Below, in pieces: positions 1-8,933 of a stretch of 57,307 nt of DNA. Origin of the DNA: an uncultured Atopobiaceae bacterium. GTDB taxonomy: Bacteria; Actinomycetota; Coriobacteriia; Coriobacteriales; Atopobiaceae. The first letter of the stretch is position 1; each line of letters starts with the position of its first letter. Made by a program: the position numbers and the translations under genes. The DNA is taken from contig CALULC010000001.1 of the NCBI GenBank assembly GCA_944321385.1, positions 1-57,307 of the forward strand. The letters are read 5' to 3'. The notes below the pieces were generated by a model, which made no database searches, was not told where the DNA came from, and worked only from the letters and a program-made list of their open reading frames with translations.

Positions 1-61
1 GGCCGCCATGGCTCGCTACGCGCACCTGCTCAAGCTCAAGGACCTCTACGCCGAGGCGTAA
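1..61 (+). CDS. 3' end of an upstream gene, possibly pyruvate:ferredoxin/flavodoxin oxidoreductase (partial)
   Basis: The frame from nt 2 reads AAMARYAHLLKLKDLYAEA* in high-GC codons and is followed by a terminator. The peptide resembles PFOR C-termini, but only 19 codons are visible. Confidence 0.45.
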   Translation, partial: AAMARYAHLLKLKDLYAEA

Positions 62-94
62 GTTCTTCTCGCTGAGCGCCTGATCGCGCAAGCT

Positions 95-125
95 GCGGCC
101 CCCGGCAATGCCGGGGGCCGTTTTG
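95..125 (+). terminator. Rho-independent terminator
   Basis: GC hairpin cggcccccggc-aat-gccgggggccg followed by tttt. Confidence 0.8.
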
Positions 126-156
126 TGTGCCGAGTTCGCGCCCTTCTCGTCCCGCA

Positions 157-247
157 TGACTTTTGAGGCCGCAAAAGTCACGTGAGTTTTTCTGCCAACT
201 GGGAAAACGTCAGAGCCCGACGAAGATTTGAGGCCGCAAAAGTCACG
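157..247. repeat. Palindrome TGACTTTTG-AGGCCG-CAAAAGTCA plus a second direct copy of TTTGAGGCCGCAAAAGTCACG
   Basis: Read directly: copies near 157-182 and 227-247, upstream of the phosphatase gene. Confidence 0.6.
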
Positions 248-406
248 CGAACGAGAAACGCCTCCAGGCGAGCTGACATTCGCGTAAAACTCCCTTACTG
301 CCCGCTTGCACGCGCGTTTCTGAAACGCGTCCAAAGCCCCTCTATAACGTTCACGTCTGACTCTGCGGCACCCCTGCCGCGGGGTTCCTACGAAGAGAGG
401 GGTAGC

Positions 407-3400
407 ATGAAGGTAAGGAAGAGGTGGCTGGCTGCGCTGTGCGCCCTGGTGCTCATGCTGGGCGTTGTGACGGTTGCCACCGGCAGAACGGCGGGTGCCG
501 CCGAGGCTCAGCCCGCCGCCGAGATCGAGGTTCAGAACGAGAGCGGCGTGCAGTTTGACCGCATCTCCCTGGAGATCGGCGCCACGTCGTCCCAGCGCAA
601 CTTCAACTGGATGAGCACGTCTGACCTTGACGGCTATGTCCAGGTGGCTCTCATGCCCGAGGGTTGGACCAGCGGCTCCGTGTTCCCCGCGGACGCGGAC
701 TTTGTTGCCAACGTCCAGGCCGAGAGGGGTGGCAGCGAGCGCGAGGGCTGGAGCTCCTACAAGGCCACCGTCGGCGGCCTCGAGGGCAATACCTCCTACA
801 TCTACCGCGTGGGCAACGGCACCAACTGGTCTGCCGCCTACGGCTTTGAGACTGGCAACATCGGCAACGGCGAATCCTTCAGCTTCATGTTTGCCGGCGA
901 CCCGCAGATCGGCGCCTCCGGCAACGCCGCGAGCGACACCGAGGGCTGGACAAACACGCTCGATACCATGATGTCCGCCTTCCCCGAGACCGACTTCATG
1001 ATCTCCCTGGGCGACCAGATCAACGCCTCTAATCCCGAGACCGTTGAGAGCGAGTACGAGGGTTACTTCGCACCCGAGGTGCTCCATGGCATCACCATGG
1101 CCACCAACGTGGGCAACCACGAGGCTGGTGCCAACAACCAGCACTACAGCTACAACTACAACATGCCCAACCGCTCCGCTTGGGGTGCCGTCGACTCCAC
1201 TGGCGCCGCCTCAGGCGACTACTGGTTCAACTACAACGGCGTGCTGTTCATGTCCATTAACTCCAACGAGCAGAACACGGCTGTTCACAAGGCGTTCCTC
1301 GAGGAGGCCATTGCGGCCAACCCGGACGCCAACTGGAAGATCGTGACCTTCCACCACTCCGTGTACTCCACGGCCAGCCACACCACCGACGGCGACATCC
1401 TCGCCCGTCGCTCCACGCTGCCCGTGGTCTTCTCGGATCTGGACATCGACGCCGTCCTCATGGGTCACGACCACGTCTACACCCGCACCTACCTCATGGA
1501 CGGAACCACGCCCGTCACCGAGGGCGGCGTGCAGGACGTCCTCACCGATCCGGCCGACGGCCAGGTGCTCTACATCACCGCCAACTCCGCGTCTGGCTCC
1601 AAGTACTACAACATTAAGGACAACGTGGAGAAGAGCTTCTCCGCCGTCGAGGACCAGTCCAAGCGCCAGAACATGTCCCTCGCCACGGTGACCGAGGACT
1701 CCATCACCTTCACCACCTACTACACCGACGACGCCCAGGTGACCGACGCCGACATCCTCGACCAGGTGACCATCCAGCGTACGCCCGAGCCCGAGGCCGA
1801 GCCTAAGGTCGACCGCGTCTCGCTGCAGATTGGCGCCACCGAGACTTCCCGCAACTTCAACTGGATCAGCGACGCCGGCGAGAACGGCGCGGTCCAGGTT
1901 GCCGTCATGCCCGAGGGCTGGCAGCAGGGCGACGCCTTCCCCGCGAATCCCGACTACGTTGCCAACGTGAAGGCGAGCGTCGGCGGCTCCGAGGTCGAGG
2001 GCTACAGCTCCTTCAAGGCCACCGTTGACGGCCTCGACGCCAACACCTCCTACGTGTACCGCGTGGGCACCAATGGCGTCTGGTCCGAGGCCTACGGCTT
2101 CCAGACCGGCAACATCGGCAACGGCGAGTCCTTCTCGTTCATGTTTGCCGGCGACCCTCAGATTGGTGCCGGTGACATCCCCGAGGATACCGAGGGCTGG
2201 ACCAACACGCTCGACACCATGGAGGCCGCGTTCCCCGAGACCGACTTCCTGATCTCCCTCGGCGACCAGGTCAACCTTGGTCACAGCGGTGAGACCCAGT
2301 ACGAGGAGTACGAGGGCTACTACGCCCCCGAGGTTCTGCACAGCATCACCATGGCTGTCAACGTGGGCAACCACGAGACCTACGTGTCCGACCAGAACTA
2401 CTCCCACAACTACAACATGCCCAACGTGAGCACCTACGGCGTAACCGACGCCACCGGCGACGGCTCGGGCGACTACTGGTTCACCTACAACGGTGTGCTG
2501 TTCATGTCCATCAACTCCAACAACATGAGCACCGCCGAGCACAAGGCGTTCCTCGAGGACGCGATCGCGGCCAACCCCGACGCCAACTGGAAGATCGTCA
2601 CCTTCCACCACTCCGTGTACTCCACGGCCAGCCACACCGCCGACACCGACATCCTCGAGCGTCGCAACGAACTGCCCGCCGTCTTCACCGAGCTGGACAT
2701 CGACGCCGTCCTCATGGGCCACGACCACGTCTACACCCGCACCTACCTCATGGACGGCACCACCCCGCTCATCACCGATGAGGTCCAGTCCGAGCACGTC
2801 AACCCCGCCGACGGCCAGGTCCTCTACATCACGGCCAACTCCGCGTCTGGCTCCAAGTACTACAGCCTCCAGAACCTCCCGCAGAATACCTTCGCGGCGG
2901 TTCAGGACCAGTCCAAGCGCGAGAACATGACGCTCGTTGATGTCACCGAGGACTCCCTCACCTTCACCACCTACTTCACCGACGATGCCCAGGTGACCGA
3001 GGACGACGTCCTCGACAAGGTGAGCATCGTCCGCTCCGATGACCCCGTCGAGCCCGCTCAGCCCGAGGTCGAGCGCGTCTCCCTGGAGATCGGCGCCACC
3101 GAGACCTCCCGCAACTTCAACTGGCTCGGCACCACCACCAAGGACGCCATGGTCCAGGTTGCCGAGAAGCCCGAGGGCTGGACGGCCGGCTCCGACTTCC
3201 CGACTGAGGGCGTCGTGTCCGTGACCGCCGACGTTGACGGCTCCGAGCTCGAGGGCTGGAACTCCTTCAAGGCCACCGTCGACGACCTTGCCGCCAACAC
3301 CGACTACCTCTACCGCGTGGGCAACGAGGGTGCCTGGTCCGAGACCTACGAGTTCTCCACCGGCAACCTCGGCGACGGCGAGTCCTTCTCGTTCATGTTT

Positions 3401-4588
3401 GCCGGAGACCCGCAGATCGGCGCCAGTGGTGACGTTGCCTCTGACGTGGAGGGCTGGACCAACACGCTCGACACCATGACGGCGGCCTTCCCCGACACCG
3501 ACTTCATGATCTCCCTGGGCGACCAGGTCAACACGCGTGACGTGAACACCATCGAGGAGGAGTACGAGGGCTTCTTCGCGCCCGAGGCGCTCCACGGCAT
3601 CACGCTGGCCACCAACGTGGGCAACCACGACACGTACAACAACAACCAGCACTACACCTACAACTTCACCATGCCCAACGTCTCCGAGCTTGGCGCCACG
3701 GACAACGCGGGCGACGGCTCCGGCGACTTCTGGTTCACCTACAACGGCGTGCTGTTCATGTCGCTCAACTCCAACAACATGAGCACCTCCGAGCACAAGG
3801 CCTTCATGGAGGACGCCATCGCCCAGAACCCGGACGCCAACTGGAAGATCGTCACCTTCCACCACTCCGTGTACTCGGTGGCCAGCCACACGGCAGACAG
3901 CGACATCCTCCAGCGTCGCTCCGAGCTCCCCGTGGTCTTCTCCGACCTGGGTGTCGACGCCGTCCTCATGGGTCACGACCACGTCTACACCCGCACGTAC
4001 CTGATGGAGGGCACCAAGCCCGTCATCACCGACGAGGTCCAGGACACCCTGACCAACCCCGAGAGCGGCCAGGTGCTCTACATCACGGCCAACTCGGCCT
4101 CTGGCTCCAAGTACTACGAGATCCAGAACCTCGCGCAGAACACGTTCTCCGCGGTTCAGGACCAGTCGCAGCGCCAGAACATGTCCATCGCCACGGTGAC
4201 CGACGACTCCATCACCTTCACCACCTACTACACCGACGATGCCCAGGTGACCGAGGACGACATCCTCGACCAGGTGACCATCGAGCGCGTTGACGACCAG
4301 CAGGGCGGCCAGCAGCCCGGTGGCGACGACCAGCAGCCCGGTGATAGCCAGCAGCCCGGCGACAACAACAACCAGCAGGGCGGCTCCGGAAACGGCGGCC
4401 AGACCACCAGCGACCCGCAGCAGGGCTCCCAGAGCCAGGCCGGCTCCCAGGGCTCCGCTGGCAGCGGCTCCCTTCCCGGAACCGGTGACGCCTCCGTCAC
4501 CCCGGCTGCCATCGCGGCCCTCGCCGCCGCCGGCATGACCGTCGTGGCCCTCCGCTCCGCCATCATCACCAGAAGAGGAAGCAACTAG
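407..4588 (+). CDS. Secreted LPXTG-anchored metallophosphoesterase with three tandem FN3 + purple-acid-phosphatase-like modules
   Basis: Signal peptide MKVRKRWLAALCALVLML after RBS gagagggg. Three copies of GDPQ, GDQ(I/V)N, GNH(E/D), FHH and GHDH. Q/G-rich linker, LPGTG, hydrophobic tail and basic end. Confidence 0.85.
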   Translation: MKVRKRWLAALCALVLMLGVVTVATGRTAGAAEAQPAAEIEVQNESGVQFDRISLEIGATSSQRNFNWMSTSDLDGYVQVALMPEGWTSGSVFPADADFVANVQAERGGSEREGWSSYKATVGGLEGNTSYIYRVGNGTNWSAAYGFETGNIGNGESFSFMFAGDPQIGASGNAASDTEGWTNTLDTMMSAFPETDFMISLGDQINASNPETVESEYEGYFAPEVLHGITMATNVGNHEAGANNQHYSYNYNMPNRSAWGAVDSTGAASGDYWFNYNGVLFMSINSNEQNTAVHKAFLEEAIAANPDANWKIVTFHHSVYSTASHTTDGDILARRSTLPVVFSDLDIDAVLMGHDHVYTRTYLMDGTTPVTEGGVQDVLTDPADGQVLYITANSASGSKYYNIKDNVEKSFSAVEDQSKRQNMSLATVTEDSITFTTYYTDDAQVTDADILDQVTIQRTPEPEAEPKVDRVSLQIGATETSRNFNWISDAGENGAVQVAVMPEGWQQGDAFPANPDYVANVKASVGGSEVEGYSSFKATVDGLDANTSYVYRVGTNGVWSEAYGFQTGNIGNGESFSFMFAGDPQIGAGDIPEDTEGWTNTLDTMEAAFPETDFLISLGDQVNLGHSGETQYEEYEGYYAPEVLHSITMAVNVGNHETYVSDQNYSHNYNMPNVSTYGVTDATGDGSGDYWFTYNGVLFMSINSNNMSTAEHKAFLEDAIAANPDANWKIVTFHHSVYSTASHTADTDILERRNELPAVFTELDIDAVLMGHDHVYTRTYLMDGTTPLITDEVQSEHVNPADGQVLYITANSASGSKYYSLQNLPQNTFAAVQDQSKRENMTLVDVTEDSLTFTTYFTDDAQVTEDDVLDKVSIVRSDDPVEPAQPEVERVSLEIGATETSRNFNWLGTTTKDAMVQVAEKPEGWTAGSDFPTEGVVSVTADVDGSELEGWNSFKATVDDLAANTDYLYRVGNEGAWSETYEFSTGNLGDGESFSFMFAGDPQIGASGDVASDVEGWTNTLDTMTAAFPDTDFMISLGDQVNTRDVNTIEEEYEGFFAPEALHGITLATNVGNHDTYNNNQHYTYNFTMPNVSELGATDNAGDGSGDFWFTYNGVLFMSLNSNNMSTSEHKAFMEDAIAQNPDANWKIVTFHHSVYSVASHTADSDILQRRSELPVVFSDLGVDAVLMGHDHVYTRTYLMEGTKPVITDEVQDTLTNPESGQVLYITANSASGSKYYEIQNLAQNTFSAVQDQSQRQNMSIATVTDDSITFTTYYTDDAQVTEDDILDQVTIERVDDQQGGQQPGGDDQQPGDSQQPGDNNNQQGGSGNGGQTTSDPQQGSQSQAGSQGSAGSGSLPGTGDASVTPAAIAALAAAGMTVVALRSAIITRRGSN

Positions 4589-4593
4589 CCCCT

Positions 4594-5751
4594 ATGAAGA
4601 AGCGCCTGCTTGAATCGTCGGACCTCATCGTTCTTGCCGCGATCGCCGTGGTCGTTGCCCTCGTGCTCGCATGGGGCCAACAGCATCCCATCGACTACAC
4701 CTCGCTGGACACGACTGGCATAACCTATCCCAGCGGAACGGTGACCGAGGTCATATCCGAGGACCTCGAGCCAACCCCGTACGATTCAAGCAGGCTCTGG
4801 GGCTCCCAGGAGCTCCGCGTGCGCATCAACGACGGCGAGCTCGCCGGCCAGGAGGTGGAGATCCACAACGAGGTGAACGACACCCACAACATCCTCTGCG
4901 AGGAGGGCACCGGCGTCATCGTTCGCCTTGAGTCGCAGGAGGGCCTCGAGCCGTACTTCAGCATCTACAACTACAACAGGGGCTTTGGCCTCGCCGCCCT
5001 TCTCGTTGTCTTTGCCGCCTTCATGGTGGCGGTGGGCAAGCTCAAGGGCGCGAGGAGCCTCGTTGGCCTGGCGTTTGCGATCTTTCTCATCGCGTGCTTC
5101 ATGCTCCCGGCCTTCTATTACGGCTATCCGGTCATCCCCGTTACGCTCGGCGTTGTCCTGGCAATCACGGTGAGCTCTATGACGCTGCTCAACGGGTGGA
5201 GCGCCAAGACGCGCGTCGCGATTCTCGCCACCTTGGGCGGCGTTGCCGTTGCGGCGCTGTTCTACGCGATCTTCTCGGCCGTCCTCCATGTGGGGGGTTA
5301 CAACATGGAGGCGGCCGAGGATCTCATCTTCCTGCGCCAGCGCGCGGACTTTCAGGTGGGGGACGTGCTCTTCACCTGCGTTCTTGTCGCCTCGCTCGGC
5401 GCGGTTCTTGACATGACCATGGGCGTCACGTCGGCGCTCTTTGAGATGCGCCAGGTCCACCCTGCCATCACGCAGCGCGAGCTCTTCCGCGCGGGCATGG
5501 AGATGGGCCAGGACATGACGGGCACCATGTGCACCACGCTCATCCTGGCGTTTGCGGGCGGGGCGATAACCACGCTGCTCTCGCTGCTCACGTACGGGAC
5601 GCAGACCTTCCAGCTGCTCAACTCGGACTACCTAACGCTCGAGGTCTTCCAGAGCCTGGTGGGCAGCATCGCCGTCATCCTGGCTGTGCCGCTGGCCTCC
5701 GCGTTCTCCGCCTGGGCGCTCGGCGCTCCACGGGGCGGAGCGTCCCGCTAG
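4594..5751 (+). CDS. YibE/F family membrane protein
   Basis: N-terminal TM, extracytoplasmic domain, then multiple TMs with SLGAVLDM, GMEMGQDMTGTMCTTLILAFAG and GSIAVILAVPL. Confidence 0.85.
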   Translation: MKKRLLESSDLIVLAAIAVVVALVLAWGQQHPIDYTSLDTTGITYPSGTVTEVISEDLEPTPYDSSRLWGSQELRVRINDGELAGQEVEIHNEVNDTHNILCEEGTGVIVRLESQEGLEPYFSIYNYNRGFGLAALLVVFAAFMVAVGKLKGARSLVGLAFAIFLIACFMLPAFYYGYPVIPVTLGVVLAITVSSMTLLNGWSAKTRVAILATLGGVAVAALFYAIFSAVLHVGGYNMEAAEDLIFLRQRADFQVGDVLFTCVLVASLGAVLDMTMGVTSALFEMRQVHPAITQRELFRAGMEMGQDMTGTMCTTLILAFAGGAITTLLSLLTYGTQTFQLLNSDYLTLEVFQSLVGSIAVILAVPLASAFSAWALGAPRGGASR

Positions 5752-5790
5752 GGACGGCGGGGCCCGGCCGGGGCGTTTCGACAAACATCA

Positions 5791-5870
5791 AAATAAACAC
5801 GCACGGTTTGTTTAAATCCCATATAACCGCAGGATAAATTAACACGCACGGCAATCTGTGCGTGTTAATT
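5791..5870. repeat. 73-bp inverted-repeat intergenic element (TAACACGCA family), copy A
   Basis: aaacacgcac...ccgcaggataaa-ttaacacgca...gtgcgtgtta; homologous to four other copies. Confidence 0.8.
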
Positions 5871-5933
5871 ATGATATCCGGCCATGTGGGTGGCGAGAAG
5901 AACGCTCGCTCGCAGCCCTACCCGCCCGCGGCC

Positions 5934-8078
5934 CTACCCGCGGGTGGCGATCCCCATCGCAACGTCGTGCGCAGCGGTCTCAAGCTCGTCGTCGAGCGGC
6001 GCGAGTTCCACGGCCTCGCCGCGGCAAGCCAGCGCGCGGGCGATCAGCCAGTCCGTGACGCCGGGGTTCTTGGGCAGGATCGGCCCGTGCAGGTACGTGC
6101 CCACCACGCCGTCGTGCAGCACGCCCTCGCCGCCGTCCTCTCCGTTGTTGCCCGTTCCCTCCACGAGCGAGCGCCCCAGGGGCTTCTCGCCGATGCCCAG
6201 GAGCGTGCGTCCGGCGTGGTTCTCAAAGCCCACGATCGGCGAGGCGCACACCGGCGAGTCAATGGCCACGTTGCCAATGAGGCGGGTGTCTCCGGCAACG
6301 GTCTCAAGATCCAGGATGCCCAGGCCGTCCACGCGCTTCTCGCCCATCATGTATGAGTGGCCGAGCAGCTGGTAGCCGCCGCAGATGGCGAGAAGGACGC
6401 CGCCGCTCGCAACGTAGGACGCGAGCTTCTCGCGCTGTGCGCCAAGCTCGCGGGCAACGGCCAGCTGGTCGCGGTCCGCCCCGCCGCCGAGAAGCACGAT
6501 GTCCGCGTCGGAGAGGTCGAGCTTCTCGCCCATCATCACCTCGTCCACGCGTGCGGGGATGCCGCGCCACGCGCAGCGCTTGGAGAGCGACGCGATGTTG
6601 CCGCCGTCACCGTAGAGGTTGAGGGCGTCGGGATAGAGGTGCACGATACGCAGCGGCCTGCTGAGGGCCACCGCCGCGGGCGCGGGTGCGGCCGCGCGCG
6701 GGGCGTCGTCGGTCACGCTGGAGTGCCAGGTTCCGGCAAGGCGCTCGAGCTCCGCCACGACGGGCGGGAACGCCGTGTAGTTGGCAACAACATGGAGCTT
6801 CTCACCGGGTGCCACGTAGCGCAGGGCGTCAACCACGTTGCGGATGAGCACGGGCTCGGCGCCTAGCTCGGCGTACTTGAGGCGCACCGCCATGTCCTCG
6901 CGGCGCGTTCCGCCGGCGCACAGTACGCGCACGCCCAGGTCGCGCAGGCGCTCGAAGTCAACGTCCCAGATCCAGGAGACGTCGTGGCCGTCGGCGTCGT
7001 TGTCGTTGAGGAAGAACGCAACGGCGCTGCCCTTCTCGGCCTTGATCTGAGAGATCATGCGGTCAAAGCCCGTGGGGTTCTTGGCCAGGTTGGAGGCAAC
7101 CGCGCGCCCGCCGTCCAGCTCGTAGACCTTGCCGCGGCCGCTCGCCGGCTCGTAGGCGTCCAGGACCCCCTGGAAGGCGTGCGCGTCTCCGCCGCCAATC
7201 ACGAACGCGGCAAACGCGGCCGTGACGTTGTAGACCATGTGCAGGCCGTTCCAGCGGGTGCGCACGTGCTGGCGCACCGGCGCCCCACTCCGGCGATCCT
7301 CGATGTCAAACTCAAAGCCCTCCTCGCCCATGCGCACGTTAACCGCGGCAAACGCGAGCTCGGGGCGCGCCCAGCCGCACTCGGGGCAGCGGTACTTGCC
7401 CAGCTGCCCGTAGTGGACGTACTCGTAGTCAAGCGGCGCGTTGCAGCGCGCACAGAAGCGGCTGTCAGAGATGCGGTCCGCCTCGATGCCCGTGGGCTCG
7501 TCGATGCCAAAGGGCACGCCCGTGTTGTCCACGCGGTCCGCGATCGCGGCGCAGAGGGGGTCGTCCGCGTCAAAGATGATGGCGGTCTCGGGCGAGCCCT
7601 GCAGCGCCTTTGCGATGACGTCCTGCGTGTGGTCAATCTCGCCGTAGCGGTCGAGCTGGTCGCGGAAGAGGTTGAGAAGAACGAGCGCGCGCGGCCGCAT
7701 CGCGGGGAGCACGCGCACCGTGTAGAGCTCGTCGCACTCAAAGCAGCCGATGCGCTGCTCGCCCTTGCGACCGGGGCCGGCGAGCACGAGCGCGGCGGCG
7801 ATGCCGGACTCCATGTTGTTGCCGGCGCGGTTGCACACCACGGTGCTCCCGCCCGAGGCAAGGGCGTCCGCGATGAGGCCGGTGGTCGTAGTCTTGCCGT
7901 TGGTTCCCGTCACCACGATGCGCGGCTCAAGGCCTGCCGAGAGCTCTCCCACGACACCCGGGTCCACGCGCAGGGCAACGGCTCCGGGGATGTTGCCTCC
8001 CCCGTGGTGAGCGAGGTTAACGGTTCCCCAGTGCGCAAGCGATCCGGCGAGGCGGGCGAGAGTCACACGCAGGTTCAT
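5934..8078 (-). CDS. murT/gatD: Fused MurT (Mur ligase-like, DUF1727) and GatD (CobQ-like glutamine amidotransferase); lipid II isoglutaminyl synthase
   Basis: GTNGKTTT, NLFRDQLDRYGE, CxxC...CxxC and DADGHDVSWIWDVDFE, followed by LNLYGDGGN, AICGGYQLLG, GFENH and YLHGP. ATG at 8078 with RBS ggag. Confidence 0.88.
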   Translation of the reverse strand: MNLRVTLARLAGSLAHWGTVNLAHHGGGNIPGAVALRVDPGVVGELSAGLEPRIVVTGTNGKTTTTGLIADALASGGSTVVCNRAGNNMESGIAAALVLAGPGRKGEQRIGCFECDELYTVRVLPAMRPRALVLLNLFRDQLDRYGEIDHTQDVIAKALQGSPETAIIFDADDPLCAAIADRVDNTGVPFGIDEPTGIEADRISDSRFCARCNAPLDYEYVHYGQLGKYRCPECGWARPELAFAAVNVRMGEEGFEFDIEDRRSGAPVRQHVRTRWNGLHMVYNVTAAFAAFVIGGGDAHAFQGVLDAYEPASGRGKVYELDGGRAVASNLAKNPTGFDRMISQIKAEKGSAVAFFLNDNDADGHDVSWIWDVDFERLRDLGVRVLCAGGTRREDMAVRLKYAELGAEPVLIRNVVDALRYVAPGEKLHVVANYTAFPPVVAELERLAGTWHSSVTDDAPRAAAPAPAAVALSRPLRIVHLYPDALNLYGDGGNIASLSKRCAWRGIPARVDEVMMGEKLDLSDADIVLLGGGADRDQLAVARELGAQREKLASYVASGGVLLAICGGYQLLGHSYMMGEKRVDGLGILDLETVAGDTRLIGNVAIDSPVCASPIVGFENHAGRTLLGIGEKPLGRSLVEGTGNNGEDGGEGVLHDGVVGTYLHGPILPKNPGVTDWLIARALACRGEAVELAPLDDELETAAHDVAMGIATRG

Positions 8079-8185
8079 GGGTCTCCTTTGGCGCGGGTTC
8101 AAGCTGCAGCAATACTAGCACGTCCCACGTGGGGCCCGGCGCTGCGACTGACGTGCTGCAACTCTGCTAGTATCTGTTCTGTCGC

Positions 8186-8297
8186 GCCCACGGGGATGCT
8201 TCTTTTGGAGTGCTTTCCACCGGGATCCCGCTTGTCGTGGGCTCGTCATGCCCGTCTGGGCATTCAGCAAAGCCCTCCAGTAGAAAAGAGAGAAGCA
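8186..8297 (+). promoter_or_regulatory. Structured 5' leader of queT, candidate preQ1/queuosine-precursor riboswitch
   Basis: Helices gcccacg/cgtgggc, gggat/atccc and atgccc/gggcat. Loop tgcttctttt/ttggag is complementary to ctccag...agaagca at the start site. Downstream gene is queT. Confidence 0.45.
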
Positions 8298-8926
8298 TGA
8301 AGAGTCAGGCCAGCCTCGAACATACCGTCGACCCCTCGCTCGTCGCCCGCCGCGTTGCCCACATCGGCGTGATCGCGGCGCTCTATGCCGGGCTCACCCT
8401 TGTGACGCTGCTCTTCCTGGGCAGCCTTGCCTGGGGGCCGGTTCAGTTCCGCGTCTCCGAGGCCGCGTGCGTGCTCGCGCTGCTCACCGCGGACGCCGTT
8501 CCCGGCCTGGCGCTCGGGTGCGTCATTGCCAACCTTGCCAACATCGTCCTCTCCGGAACGGGCATGCTCGGTATGCTCGACGTGGTCTTCGGCACCCTGG
8601 CCACGGCCCTCGGGGCCTGGTTCACCTGGAAGAATCGCCGCCGCCCTGCCGTCGCGCTCCTCGGCCCCGTCATCGCCAACGCCCTCATCGTCCCGGCGTA
8701 CCTGCCGCTCATGCTGCAGGGCATTGGCTTCTACACCATTCCGTTCACCAACATCGCCATCGATGGCGCCTATCCTGCCATGTACGCGTTTGGCCTCATC
8801 GCAACTGGTGTTGGCGAGGCCGTGGTGATGTATGTCCTGGGGCTCCCGCTGTTCCGCGCGCTCTCGAGGACGACCCTGCCCAAGACGCTTGCAAGCTCGA
8901 GCCGCCCCGGCGGCGAGTGCCGTTAG
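8297..8926 (+). CDS. queT: QueT family queuosine-precursor transporter (ECF S component)
   Basis: IAALY...LAWGPVQFRVSEA...PGLALGCVIAN...DVVFGTLAT...PVIANALIV...GVGE motif series. Confidence 0.85.
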   Translation: MKSQASLEHTVDPSLVARRVAHIGVIAALYAGLTLVTLLFLGSLAWGPVQFRVSEAACVLALLTADAVPGLALGCVIANLANIVLSGTGMLGMLDVVFGTLATALGAWFTWKNRRRPAVALLGPVIANALIVPAYLPLMLQGIGFYTIPFTNIAIDGAYPAMYAFGLIATGVGEAVVMYVLGLPLFRALSRTTLPKTLASSSRPGGECR

Positions 8927-8933
8927 GGAAGCC

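Noticed and set aside
182-406. N-terminal extensions given by the ORF track (also for queT, lytS, trxA, the adhesin, rbsK, rbr and the nuclease)
   Set aside because: Downstream starts have better RBS, signal-peptide or domain-boundary support, and several extensions run through repeats or promoters.
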